Assembly (NCBI GenBank): GCA_944380935.1
Contig: CALWJF010000027.1
Span: 4,082-68,081, forward strand
Direction: 5' to 3'
DNA: 64,000 nucleotides
Source of the DNA: an uncultured Clostridia bacterium
GTDB taxonomy: Bacteria > Bacillota > Clostridia > Oscillospirales > QAMX01
Part shown: positions 37,641-46,626 of the stretch, piece after piece
Layout of the letters: every line of letters starts with the position of its first letter
Numbering within the stretch: the first letter of the stretch is position 1
Program-made: the position numbers and the translations under genes
Notes under the pieces: model-generated
Seen by the model: only the letters and a program-made list of their open reading frames with translations
The model's database searches: none
What the model was told of the DNA's origin: nothing

Positions 37641-38930
37641 ATGTGGTCGACGTTTGTGAACGCGTGGCGTAGTAGAGATGTACGCCAGAAACTTCTCTTT
37701 ACCCTCTTTATCCTGGTGATTTACCGATTTGGTTCAGTCGCCATTCTAATTCCGGGTATAGACACAGACGGACTTCGCCTTTTGTTCGACCAATATTCGG
37801 AATCCGGGAATTTACTGGGATATTTTAACGTATTATCCGGCGGTGCTTTAAGTTACGCAACACTTTTTGCACTTTCCATAACTCCGTATATTAACGCGAG
37901 TATTATTATTCAACTTTTAACAGTTGCAATTCCCGCACTTGAACGGCTGAGTCGGGACGGCGGTGAAGAAGGAAAGAAGAAATTAGCTGCAATAACCCGG
38001 TATAGTACCGTACTCATTGGTCTGATCCAAAGTTTTACCTATTATATTCTGTTAAAGAATAATAATTTGCTGACCCAGTCCGGAGTATGGCAGGCAATTG
38101 TCATCATTATCAGCTTCACTGCAGGATCCGCCATTGTGATGTGGCTTGGAGAAAAAATCAATGAAAAGGGGATTGGGAATGGTATTTCCATGATCCTTTT
38201 TGCCGGTATTCTTTCGAGAATACCATCTCTCGTCCGCTATATAGTCGGATATATTTCTTTAGGCGGTTGGTATATCCTCGGTATGGTTGCGCTTATGGCT
38301 GGCGTTTTGGCCATGATTGTGTTCATCGTGTTTATGACCGATGGTGAGCGCCGAATTCCGATTCAGTATGCCAAGCGCATGGTAGGCCGTAAGATGTACG
38401 GCGGACAGTCGACAAACTTGCCGATGAAAGTCAATATGTCGGGTGTTCTTCCGGTCATCTTTGCTTCAACGCTTTTGTCTCTGCCATCAACGATTATCGG
38501 CTTTACGCAGCCTCGTGAAGGCGGATTCTGGGATGGCGTTGGAAAAGTTTTCACCAGTACGCATCCGGTTTACATTATTCTGTATATTCTTTTTATCGTA
38601 GCATTTGGTTATTTCTATGCTATGATTCAGTTTAATCCGGTAGAAGTTGCCAATAATATTAAGAAAAACGGCGGTTTTGTAACGGGTTACCGGCCTGGTA
38701 AACCGACGTCAGATTATTTGACGCGAATTGAAAACAAAATTACCTTTATTGGTTCAACATTCCTGGTAATTGTTGCTGCATTGCCGCTTATTTTTGGCGC
38801 CATAACGGGGATGACGAATATTGCTATCGGTGGTACGTCCCTGATGATCGCAGTTGGTGTGGCAATTGAGTTCTATGAGCAGATTGAGACACAGCTGATG
38901 ATGCGTCACTATAAGGGATTCCTTGAATAA
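37641..38930 (+). CDS. secY: preprotein translocase subunit SecY
   Basis: 429 aa, 10-TM pattern. ALSITPYINASIIIQLL, GNGISMILFAGI. Confidence 0.96.
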   Translation: MWSTFVNAWRSRDVRQKLLFTLFILVIYRFGSVAILIPGIDTDGLRLLFDQYSESGNLLGYFNVLSGGALSYATLFALSITPYINASIIIQLLTVAIPALERLSRDGGEEGKKKLAAITRYSTVLIGLIQSFTYYILLKNNNLLTQSGVWQAIVIIISFTAGSAIVMWLGEKINEKGIGNGISMILFAGILSRIPSLVRYIVGYISLGGWYILGMVALMAGVLAMIVFIVFMTDGERRIPIQYAKRMVGRKMYGGQSTNLPMKVNMSGVLPVIFASTLLSLPSTIIGFTQPREGGFWDGVGKVFTSTHPVYIILYILFIVAFGYFYAMIQFNPVEVANNIKKNGGFVTGYRPGKPTSDYLTRIENKITFIGSTFLVIVAALPLIFGAITGMTNIAIGGTSLMIAVGVAIEFYEQIETQLMMRHYKGFLE

Positions 38931-38940
38931 GGAGTAACAC

Positions 38941-39570
38941 ATGAAATTAATATTATTAGGTGCACCTGGGGCAGGAAAGGGAACACAGGCTGAAATGATC
39001 TGCCAGACGCTTTCCATTCCTCAGATTTCAACGGGGAACATCATTCGTGCCCAGATCAAAAGCGGTACGGCGCTTGGCCTGCGAGTGAAAGCGATCGTAG
39101 AGTCCGGAGCGCTTGTTCCGGATGATCTGGTAATTGAATTGCTGAAAGACCGACTGGCGCAGCCTGATTGTGCGAACGGATTTGTTTTAGACGGTTTTCC
39201 GCGTACAATCCCGCAAGCAGAGGCTTTGGAAAAAATCTGTGAAATCGATGCTGTGCTGGAGATCTATGTTCCAGATGAAAAAATAATTTCCCGCATGTCT
39301 GGTCGCCGCACTTGCCCTGCCTGTGGCGCGAGCTTCCATATTGAATATAATCCTCCCAAGACGGAAGGCATTTGCGATATGTGTGGCGCGCAGCTGGTTT
39401 TACGGGCAGATGACGATCCAAAGGTAGTTGCTTCGCGTCTGCAGGTATATCATGATCAGACAGAACCGTTAATCGGGTTCTACAAAACCCGCGGTCTGTT
39501 AAAGACAGTGGAGGGCCAGGAGGAACTTGCAGATACCACGCGTTTGGTAAAAGAGGCATTGGGTATATAA
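38941..39570 (+). CDS. adk: adenylate kinase (zinc-lid type)
   Basis: MKLILLGAPGAGKGTQA. Lid CPACG...CDMCG. Confidence 0.96.
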   Translation: MKLILLGAPGAGKGTQAEMICQTLSIPQISTGNIIRAQIKSGTALGLRVKAIVESGALVPDDLVIELLKDRLAQPDCANGFVLDGFPRTIPQAEALEKICEIDAVLEIYVPDEKIISRMSGRRTCPACGASFHIEYNPPKTEGICDMCGAQLVLRADDDPKVVASRLQVYHDQTEPLIGFYKTRGLLKTVEGQEELADTTRLVKEALGI

Positions 39571-39571
39571 A

Positions 39572-40333
39572 ATGATTCAACTCAAGAATCAAAAAGAAAT
39601 TGCATCCATGAAACGATCCGGTGAAATTACAGGCGGGGCGCTTAAAGCGGCCCAGTCTGTAATTCGGCCGGGGATTAGTACACGAGAAATAGACCGTGCA
39701 GTTCATGAATATATACTTTCCTGTGGAGCAAAGCCATCATTTTTAGGCTATGCCGGATTTCCCGGCAGTGCTTGTGTAAGCGTAAACGACGAAGTGATCC
39801 ACGGGATTCCCGGCGGCCGGATTGTGCATGAAGGGGATCTTGTGAAGGTAGATGTCGGCGCATATATCGATGGTTTTCATGGGGATGCAGCGGCCACATT
39901 CCCGGTAGGTACGATCAGCGAACAGGCCCGAATGCTGATGGATGTAACAAGACAGAGTTTCTATGAGGGCATCAAATACGCAAAAGTAGGATATCGTATA
40001 TCGGATATATCCCACGCAATACAGACATATGCCGAGCGTTTTGGTTTTGGAGTCGTGCGGCGCTATATTGGTCACGGAGTTGGCAGAGAGCTTCATGAAG
40101 ATCCGGAAGTCCCCAATTTTGGGAAACCAGGACATGGCCCGCGCCTGATGCCGGGGATGACGATTGCGATAGAGCCAATGATTACGGCCGGCTCGTATGA
40201 CGTCTATGTCTTAGAGAATGACTGGACTGTCGTGACAAGCGACCATAGCCTGGCAGCCCATTACGAACACAGTGTTTTAATCACAACGGGAGAACCTGTG
40301 CTTCTGACCCGATGGGATGAGGCAGGGCAGTGA
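39572..40333 (+). CDS. map: type I methionine aminopeptidase
   Basis: 253 aa. Metal ligands in VDVGAYIDGFHGD, HGVGRELHE, IEPM. Confidence 0.95.
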   Translation: MIQLKNQKEIASMKRSGEITGGALKAAQSVIRPGISTREIDRAVHEYILSCGAKPSFLGYAGFPGSACVSVNDEVIHGIPGGRIVHEGDLVKVDVGAYIDGFHGDAAATFPVGTISEQARMLMDVTRQSFYEGIKYAKVGYRISDISHAIQTYAERFGFGVVRRYIGHGVGRELHEDPEVPNFGKPGHGPRLMPGMTIAIEPMITAGSYDVYVLENDWTVVTSDHSLAAHYEHSVLITTGEPVLLTRWDEAGQ

Positions 40334-40363
40334 GCTTGTGTATCGGAAAGGGAGGAATACATT

Positions 40364-40582
40364 TTGGCTAAAGAAGATGTTATAGAACTCGAAGGTACCG
40401 TCATAGAGGCGCTGCCGAATGCAATGTTTACGGTAGAGCTTGCAAATGGGCACCGTATTTTATCCCATATTTCTGGAAAACTCAGGATGAATTTTATTCG
40501 TATTTTGCCGGGTGACAAAGTTACGGTTCAAATGTCTCCGTATGACCTAACGCGCGGCAGAATTACCTGGCGTTCCAAATAA
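40364..40582 (+). CDS. infA: translation initiation factor IF-1 (TTG start)
   Basis: [55 protein letters not shown] at 40364, 8 nt after GGGAGG. Confidence 0.95.
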   Translation: MAKEDVIELEGTVIEALPNAMFTVELANGHRILSHISGKLRMNFIRILPGDKVTVQMSPYDLTRGRITWRSK

Positions 40583-40610
40583 GGGACGCAAAGAAAGGCA
40601 GGAGAAAAAC

Positions 40611-40724
40611 ATGAAAGTAAGGCCGTCAGTAAAACCGATGTGCGAGAAGTGCAAGCTGATTCGCCGTAAAGGTCGTGTAATGATCATTTGCGAGAAGCCG
40701 AAGCACAAGCAGAGACAGGGTTAA
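40611..40724 (+). CDS. rpmJ: 50S ribosomal protein L36
   Basis: Hand-translated [37 protein letters not shown]. Below the ORF-track length cut-off. Confidence 0.93.
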   Translation: MKVRPSVKPMCEKCKLIRRKGRVMIICEKPKHKQRQG

Positions 40725-40742
40725 TTAGGAGGAAGCTTATAT

Positions 40743-41111
40743 ATGGCACGTATAGCAGGCGTAGACCTTCCGAGAGAAAAAAGAATTGAAATTGGACTTA
40801 CCTATATTTATGGAATAGGGTTGAAGAGTTCGAAGGATATCCTTGCAGCGACCGGAATCAATCCGGATATACGCGTGAAGGATCTGACTGAAGATGACAT
40901 TTCCAAACTGCGTGAAGTCATCGACAACCAGTATGTGGTTGAAGGCGATCTGCGCCGTGACGTTGCGATGGACATAAAACGGCTCATCGAAATAGGCTCC
41001 TATCGTGGCGTCCGTCATAGAAAGGGTCTTCCGGTTCGCGGCCAGCGGACGCGTACAAACGCAAGAACCCGTAAAGGCCCGGCCAAGACCATCGCCAATA
41101 AGAGAAAGTAA
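40743..41111 (+). CDS. rpsM: 30S ribosomal protein S13
   Basis: [26 protein letters not shown]... 122 aa. Confidence 0.97.
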   Translation: MARIAGVDLPREKRIEIGLTYIYGIGLKSSKDILAATGINPDIRVKDLTEDDISKLREVIDNQYVVEGDLRRDVAMDIKRLIEIGSYRGVRHRKGLPVRGQRTRTNARTRKGPAKTIANKRK

Positions 41112-41125
41112 GGGGGCAGTTGTAA

Positions 41126-41530
41126 ATGGCACCGAAAGGCACTAAAAGAAACAGCGGTATCAGACGCCGCCGTGAACATAAAAATATTGAGAAGGGCCAG
41201 GCGCATATTCGTGCTTCCTTCAACAATACAATCGTGACCATAACCGATGTACAGGGCAATGCAATAGCATGGGCATCGGCCGGCGGACTTGGTTTCCGTG
41301 GTTCCCGAAAGAGCACACCGTTTGCAGCGCAGTCTGCTGCCGAAACCGCAGCGAAGAATGCAATGGAGCATGGTCTGAAAACGGTTGAAGTATACGTTAA
41401 AGGACCGGGTTCCGGACGTGAAGCAGCTATCCGCGCATTGCAGGCGACCGGTTTGGAAGTCAGCCTGATAAAGGATGTTACGCCGATCCCGCATAACGGC
41501 TGCCGTCCGCCGAAGCGCCGTCGTGTCTAA
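41126..41530 (+). CDS. rpsK: 30S ribosomal protein S11
   Basis: 134 aa. [30 protein letters not shown]. Confidence 0.97.
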   Translation: MAPKGTKRNSGIRRRREHKNIEKGQAHIRASFNNTIVTITDVQGNAIAWASAGGLGFRGSRKSTPFAAQSAAETAAKNAMEHGLKTVEVYVKGPGSGREAAIRALQATGLEVSLIKDVTPIPHNGCRPPKRRRV

Positions 41531-41552
41531 AAGAATTGGAGGTACTTGAATC

Positions 41553-42179
41553 ATGGCAAGATATACCGATGCAGTTTGCAAGCTGTGCAGACGCGAGGGT
41601 GAGAAGCTCTTTTTAAAGGGTGATAGATGCTATTCTGCGAAGTGTTCAATCGTGCGCCGGAATCAGGCACCGGGCGATCATGGACAAAGCCGCCGTAAGC
41701 GCAGTGAATATGGTACGCAGTTGCGCGAGAAGCAGAAGGCAAAGAGATATTATTGCGTTTTGGAGAACCAGTTCCATCATTATTTTGAGCTTGCCACCAA
41801 GAAAAAAGGTGTAACAGGTGAAAATCTTTTGATTATCCTGGAATCCAGATTGGATAATATTGTATATCGTCTTGGTTTTGCAATGTCCCGTCCGGAAGCC
41901 AGACAGTTGGTTACCCATGGTCATTTTACCGTAAATGGGAAAAAGGTTGATATTCCCTCTTATTTGTGCAAAGCCGGCGATGTAATAGCATTAAAAGACA
42001 GCAGCCGCTCCTCTGATAAGTTTAAGGCTGTATTGGAAGCAAATTCCGCCAAGCCTGTTCCGCAGTGGCTTGAAATGAATCTCGAAACGCTTGAAGGCAA
42101 AGTCGTTACAATGCCGACACGCGAAGATGTAGATCTGCCGATTGAAGAGCACTACATCGTTGAGTTGTATTCCAAGTAA
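41553..42179 (+). CDS. rpsD: 30S ribosomal protein S4
   Basis: [26 protein letters not shown]... S4 domain at the C-terminus. 208 aa. Confidence 0.96.
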   Translation: MARYTDAVCKLCRREGEKLFLKGDRCYSAKCSIVRRNQAPGDHGQSRRKRSEYGTQLREKQKAKRYYCVLENQFHHYFELATKKKGVTGENLLIILESRLDNIVYRLGFAMSRPEARQLVTHGHFTVNGKKVDIPSYLCKAGDVIALKDSSRSSDKFKAVLEANSAKPVPQWLEMNLETLEGKVVTMPTREDVDLPIEEHYIVELYSK

Positions 42180-42285
42180 TTTTAAGTTGGTATCCGGGAA
42201 GAACTGCGCCGTGTCGCAGTATAGTTGCAGTTTGATAAACCCGATGGTGCTTCGGCATCAAGTGACAAGGAGGGTAAGACAATAA

Positions 42286-43233
42286 ATGATAGAGATCGAT
42301 AAGCCCCGCATAGAGTGTGCAGAAAGTTCCGAAGACGGGTCCTATGGGAAGTTTGTCGTAGAGCCGCTGGAAAGAGGCTACGGCACGACTTTGGGCAATT
42401 CTTTGCGGAGAATTTTACTCTCTTCATTGCCCGGTACAGCGGTAACAAGCATTAAAATCAATGGCGTTCAACACGAATTTTCAACAATACCCGGCGTTAA
42501 GGAAGATGTAACAGAAATCGTCCTTAATGTAAAGGGCATTATTGCAAAGCTTCATACGCAGGGCCCGAAAGTTGTTTACATCAATGCTTCCGGTGAGTGT
42601 GAAGTGTGCGCAGGGGATATTAAGGGTGATGGCGAAGTCGACATTTTGAATCCCGACTGGCATATTGCGACCCTGGGTCCCGACGCGCGACTGAATATGG
42701 AGCTGACATTGAACCATGGCCGAGGCTATGTGCCTTCTGAGCGGAATAAGCCGGCACAATCGGTAATTGGTTTGATACCTGTAGATTCGATTTATACGCC
42801 GGTATATAAGGTAAATTATGCTGTTGAAAATACCCGTGTAGGCAATGTAACAGATTACGACAGGCTGATTTTGGAAGTTTGGACCAATTCTACGCTGACA
42901 GCACAGGAAGCAATTTCCTGGTCTGCTAAAATTTTGAGTGATTTACTGGTGCACTTTATAGATCTCTCGGAAGAGGTCAGTTCCAGTTCAACGGTTGTTG
43001 AACATGTGGAAGCGCAGTATGAAAAGGTTCTGGAAATGACGATCGAGGAACTGGATCTTTCCGTGCGTAGTTTCAATTGTTTGAAACGTGCAGGGATTAA
43101 TACGGTAGAAGACTTGATCAATAAGACGGAAGAAGATATGATGAAAGTCCGTAACTTAGGCCGAAAGAGCCTTGAGGAAGTCATCAATAAGCTCAACGCC
43201 ATGGGCCTGTCGCTTCAAAAGAACGATGATTAA
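42286..43233 (+). CDS. rpoA: DNA-directed RNA polymerase subunit alpha
   Basis: 315 aa. [31 protein letters not shown]-terminal domain [16 protein letters not shown]. Confidence 0.97.
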   Translation: MIEIDKPRIECAESSEDGSYGKFVVEPLERGYGTTLGNSLRRILLSSLPGTAVTSIKINGVQHEFSTIPGVKEDVTEIVLNVKGIIAKLHTQGPKVVYINASGECEVCAGDIKGDGEVDILNPDWHIATLGPDARLNMELTLNHGRGYVPSERNKPAQSVIGLIPVDSIYTPVYKVNYAVENTRVGNVTDYDRLILEVWTNSTLTAQEAISWSAKILSDLLVHFIDLSEEVSSSSTVVEHVEAQYEKVLEMTIEELDLSVRSFNCLKRAGINTVEDLINKTEEDMMKVRNLGRKSLEEVINKLNAMGLSLQKNDD

Positions 43234-43276
43234 GGGAAAGTGATTTTTCGCTTCCAATCCAAAGGAGGAAATGTCT

Positions 43277-43615
43277 ATGCCACGTAAGCTCGGCAGAACG
43301 ACCGATCATAGAATGGCGATGCTCAGGGCAATGGTGACCTTCCTGCTTGAAAACGGCAGAATAGAGACCACCGTAACCCGCGCCAAAGAAGTACGTCCCC
43401 TCGTAGAGAAAATGATTACACTTGGCAAAAAGGGAACGCTTGCAGCCCGCCGCCAAGTAATGGCTTTTGTAACGAAGGAAACTGTCGTTGTAAAACTTTT
43501 CGATGAAATTGCCCCGTCTTACAATGAGAGAAACGGCGGCTATACGCGGATTATAAAAACCGGTCCGCGTCGTGGCGACGCAGCCGAAATGGCAATTATA
43601 GAACTCGTCAAATAA
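43277..43615 (+). CDS. rplQ: 50S ribosomal protein L17
   Basis: [20 protein letters not shown]... Start chosen 8 nt after GGAGG. The ORF-track ATG at 43271 is only 2 nt after the SD. Confidence 0.94.
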   Translation: MPRKLGRTTDHRMAMLRAMVTFLLENGRIETTVTRAKEVRPLVEKMITLGKKGTLAARRQVMAFVTKETVVVKLFDEIAPSYNERNGGYTRIIKTGPRRGDAAEMAIIELVK

Positions 43616-43633
43616 CAAGTGGTAAAAAGAAAC

Positions 43634-43686
43634 CGAGCTGCAACATACAGCAAATCTTGCTGTGTATTGCAGCTCGATTTGTTTTG
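43634..43686 (+). terminator. intrinsic terminator ending the ribosomal protein cluster
   Basis: 19-bp imperfect stem CGAGCTGCAACATACAGCA-aatct-TGCTGTGTATTGCAGCTCG followed by ATTTGTTTT. Confidence 0.75.
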
Positions 43687-43900
43687 TATGCAAATGGGAA
43701 TTTACTGTATCAGCAACAGCAAACTGAAATGTCCGGATTCAGGGGGCTGTAGAAGGTGATAACGAAAAAAAGACAGCAGATCTCTTTACGAAATCATACT
43801 GTCTATTTTCGTTTTTGTATCACATAGCGAAAAGGATCGACGCGCAATTCCCCTTGATTTAGGTGAATATGCGGGCAAAAAGAAAAGGGGACTATAAATT

Positions 43901-44338
43901 TTATTCTTCCGCTTTGGAATACAGGACGTCTGAAAGCTTAATAGAATAAAGTTCCTGTCGGAAACGTTGCGTCAAAGAACAAAAAATGCTGTGATAACGA
44001 CAGGGATCCTCACTATCATATGCACGCGGACAAGTATACTCATCCTGCGTACAATTTGATATTCGAATCTGGCCTTCAATTACCTCGATAATCTCTCCGA
44101 GAGATATTTCAGAGGGATCTTTCGCAAGATAATATCCGCCAGACGCTCCTTTTTTAGAAGCAACGATACCAGCAATACTGAGCTTACGAAGGATCTTTAG
44201 AGCAAAACGTAGGGATACAGCGGTCTGCTCTGAAATATCGGCAGCACTGGCAACGCTGGAGCGCCGCGCGTCGATGTTGGCCTTTGATAATTCATACAAA
44301 ATGCGTAAAGCATAATCGCTTTCATTTGTAATTCGCAC
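43901..44338 (-). CDS. Rrf2 family transcriptional regulator (no obvious C-terminal Cys cluster typical of Fe-S IscR)
   Basis: VRITNESDYALRILYEL...GGYYLAKDPSEISLGEIIEVIEG. GTG start 7 nt after GGAGG. The ORF-track ATG at 44356 lies only 3 nt from the predicted -10 box. Confidence 0.8.
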   Translation of the reverse strand: MRITNESDYALRILYELSKANIDARRSSVASAADISEQTAVSLRFALKILRKLSIAGIVASKKGASGGYYLAKDPSEISLGEIIEVIEGQIRISNCTQDEYTCPRAYDSEDPCRYHSIFCSLTQRFRQELYSIKLSDVLYSKAEE

Positions 44339-44358
44339 GCAAACACCTCCATCCATAC

Positions 44359-44387
44359 ATTATATTGCGAATTCTCCAAAAAGTCAA
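44359..44387 (-). promoter_or_regulatory. candidate promoter of the Rrf2 gene
   Basis: On the minus strand TTGACT (44387-44382), 17-nt spacer, TATAAT (44364-44359). Confidence 0.5.
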
Positions 44388-44517
44388 TAAAAACGTCCGG
44401 GCAGTTTAAAATTCTACAGTGAATAATTCGATTTCTATTTTTATGCAAACAGGAACTTGACAAAATTCCGGATCGGGTATAAGGTAGGAAAAGAAGAAAT
44501 GTGAGGTTGAGAAAAAA

Positions 44518-45912
44518 GTGAAACACAAAACAATTCAAAGAAGTACGATTATGACAGAAGGCACAATTTGGAAGCAAATCCTAAATTTCGCCTTACCGCT
44601 ATTAATCGGAAATATTTTTCAACAATTTTATAACACGGTAGATTCAATTGTCGTAGGAAATTTCGTAAGTACGGAGGCGTTGGCAGCAGTTGGGTCAACT
44701 GGTCCGATTATCAATACACTCATTGGTATTTTTATGGGACTATCAACGGGTGCAACGGTTATAATTTCCCAATTTTTCGGTGCCAGGGATGAGAATGCAG
44801 TGCATCGTGCGGTTAGCACCACAATTTTGATGACATTTGCTTTAGGTATTATTTGCACGGGAATCGGTGTTGCATTTGTCCCTTTCATGCTGCGTTTTAT
44901 GGACACACCGGAAAACGTGATTCCGGAGGCAACAATATATCTGCGGATCTATTTTGGTGGCATTTTAACGTTAATGCTTTATAATATGGGTTCCGGAATT
45001 TTGCGTGCAGTGGGGGATTCTCGACGTCCGTTGTATTTTTTGATTTTCTCTGCCTGCACGAATGTCGTTCTTGATTTACTGTTTGTGCTTGTATTTGGTA
45101 TGGGTGTAGACGGTGTTGCATTGGCTACTGTGATCGCACAGCTTTTGTCGGCAATATTGGTACTGTTTGTATTGACCCGAAGCTATGCGTGCTATCGGCT
45201 GGTTTGGAGCCATATGAAGATCGATTGGCAAATTTTGAAAAAGATCTTTGCAATAGGGTTCCCAGCTGCCGTACAGTCCGCAATTACGTCTTTTTCCAAT
45301 GTTTTCGTACAGTCGTATATTAACCATTTTGGTTCGGCTTGTATGGCAGGATATACTTCTTACAGCAAAATTGATCAATTTGTTATGCTCCCAATGCAGT
45401 CTATTTCGCAGGCCTCGACAACTTTTGTTGGCCAGAATCTGGGTGCGGACCAGTTGGAACGCTCCAAAAAAGGCGTTACAACTTCCGTGCTGATTGCGGT
45501 TGGTATTACAGCATTTTTGACGATTCTTTTAAATATTTTTGCGCGCCCATTGCTGACTATGTTTAGTCAGGAAGCGGATGTGCTAGTTTATGGTGTACAG
45601 TTTATCCGTGTGATGTCACCATTTTATGTTTTGTGCGTATTAAATCAGATTTATGCGGGTGCGCTGCGCGGCGCTGGGGATTCGCAAGTACCAATGTTTA
45701 TAATGTTGGGTAGTTTCGTTGTGTTCCGTCAGATTTACCTGTTTGTGGGAACCAAGATTTTCCCGGAGTCGTTGACCTTCGTGGCTATGGGTTATCCTGC
45801 AGGCTGGATTCTGTGTTCGGCACTGGAGTTTATCTACTACAAACATGGAAGATGGGAAAAGAATTACCAAAAAATACGGAATTTACGAAAAGAACCGGAA
45901 AAAGCAAAATAA
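44518..45912 (+). CDS. MATE family efflux transporter
   Basis: 464 aa, 12-TM pattern. N-terminal FALPLLIGNIFQQFYNTVDSIVVGNFV is typical of MATE. GTG start, with ATG 44551 as an alternative. Confidence 0.85.
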   Translation: MKHKTIQRSTIMTEGTIWKQILNFALPLLIGNIFQQFYNTVDSIVVGNFVSTEALAAVGSTGPIINTLIGIFMGLSTGATVIISQFFGARDENAVHRAVSTTILMTFALGIICTGIGVAFVPFMLRFMDTPENVIPEATIYLRIYFGGILTLMLYNMGSGILRAVGDSRRPLYFLIFSACTNVVLDLLFVLVFGMGVDGVALATVIAQLLSAILVLFVLTRSYACYRLVWSHMKIDWQILKKIFAIGFPAAVQSAITSFSNVFVQSYINHFGSACMAGYTSYSKIDQFVMLPMQSISQASTTFVGQNLGADQLERSKKGVTTSVLIAVGITAFLTILLNIFARPLLTMFSQEADVLVYGVQFIRVMSPFYVLCVLNQIYAGALRGAGDSQVPMFIMLGSFVVFRQIYLFVGTKIFPESLTFVAMGYPAGWILCSALEFIYYKHGRWEKNYQKIRNLRKEPEKAK

Positions 45913-45992
45913 GATTCACGAATCGTTTACAGCTTTTAATGGAATATGTGCTATAATCAAGCTCAGATAAATGGTTTACGGAGTGAGACGGA

Positions 45993-46442
45993 ATGAAAAA
46001 GATTATTGCACTTTCCACGGTGCTTCTGGTATGCGTTATTCTTAGCGGATGCGAAGCGCTGAGCTTGGCAGAAAATGCCCAGCCATATTTTGCGGGAGCG
46101 GAATTTGAAAATAACGAAAATTATTATAAAGATTACTATTACCCAATGGTTGATTTTGAAGCGGCCCCGAGCACCCTTTTTCAGCCAACAAGCTACGGTT
46201 CAGAATATCTGGATAAGCCGCTGTATTTATCGGGGACTGTAGAAGATACGGTTCGTGAGGATGGAATTAAGTATTATCTTTTCCGTACGGAATATGGCAC
46301 AATGTATATCAGCAATCAGTTGTTTACATTGGATAAAATAGAAGACGGGACCTCCGTGCGAATGTATTTTGTATATTCCGGTTATAACGAGACGCTGGAA
46401 AGCATAACAGGTGCATATGTGAATTACTCGAATCTTGAATAA
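45993..46442 (+). CDS. hypothetical lipoprotein
   Basis: Signal peptide with lipobox LSGC. No family recognised. Confidence 0.6.
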   Translation: MKKIIALSTVLLVCVILSGCEALSLAENAQPYFAGAEFENNENYYKDYYYPMVDFEAAPSTLFQPTSYGSEYLDKPLYLSGTVEDTVREDGIKYYLFRTEYGTMYISNQLFTLDKIEDGTSVRMYFVYSGYNETLESITGAYVNYSNLE

Positions 46443-46448
46443 CAGAAT

Positions 46449-46482
46449 AAAGCCTGCTGATGAAAATTGGCAGGCTTTTTTC
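46449..46482 (+). terminator. intrinsic terminator
   Basis: Stem AAAGCCTGC...GCAGGCTTT followed by a T-run. Confidence 0.65.
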
Positions 46483-46626
46483 ATAAGCCCGCTGTAAAAA
46501 GAATCAAACATGTTTCTATGCCGGATACAAATGGTTCTTTTATGCGGAATAAAGGTTTAATATTTTGAACTTTTGAAATATTTCAGGTGTATAATGCGGC
46601 TAGAGGATATTGCTAAGGAGGATTTT

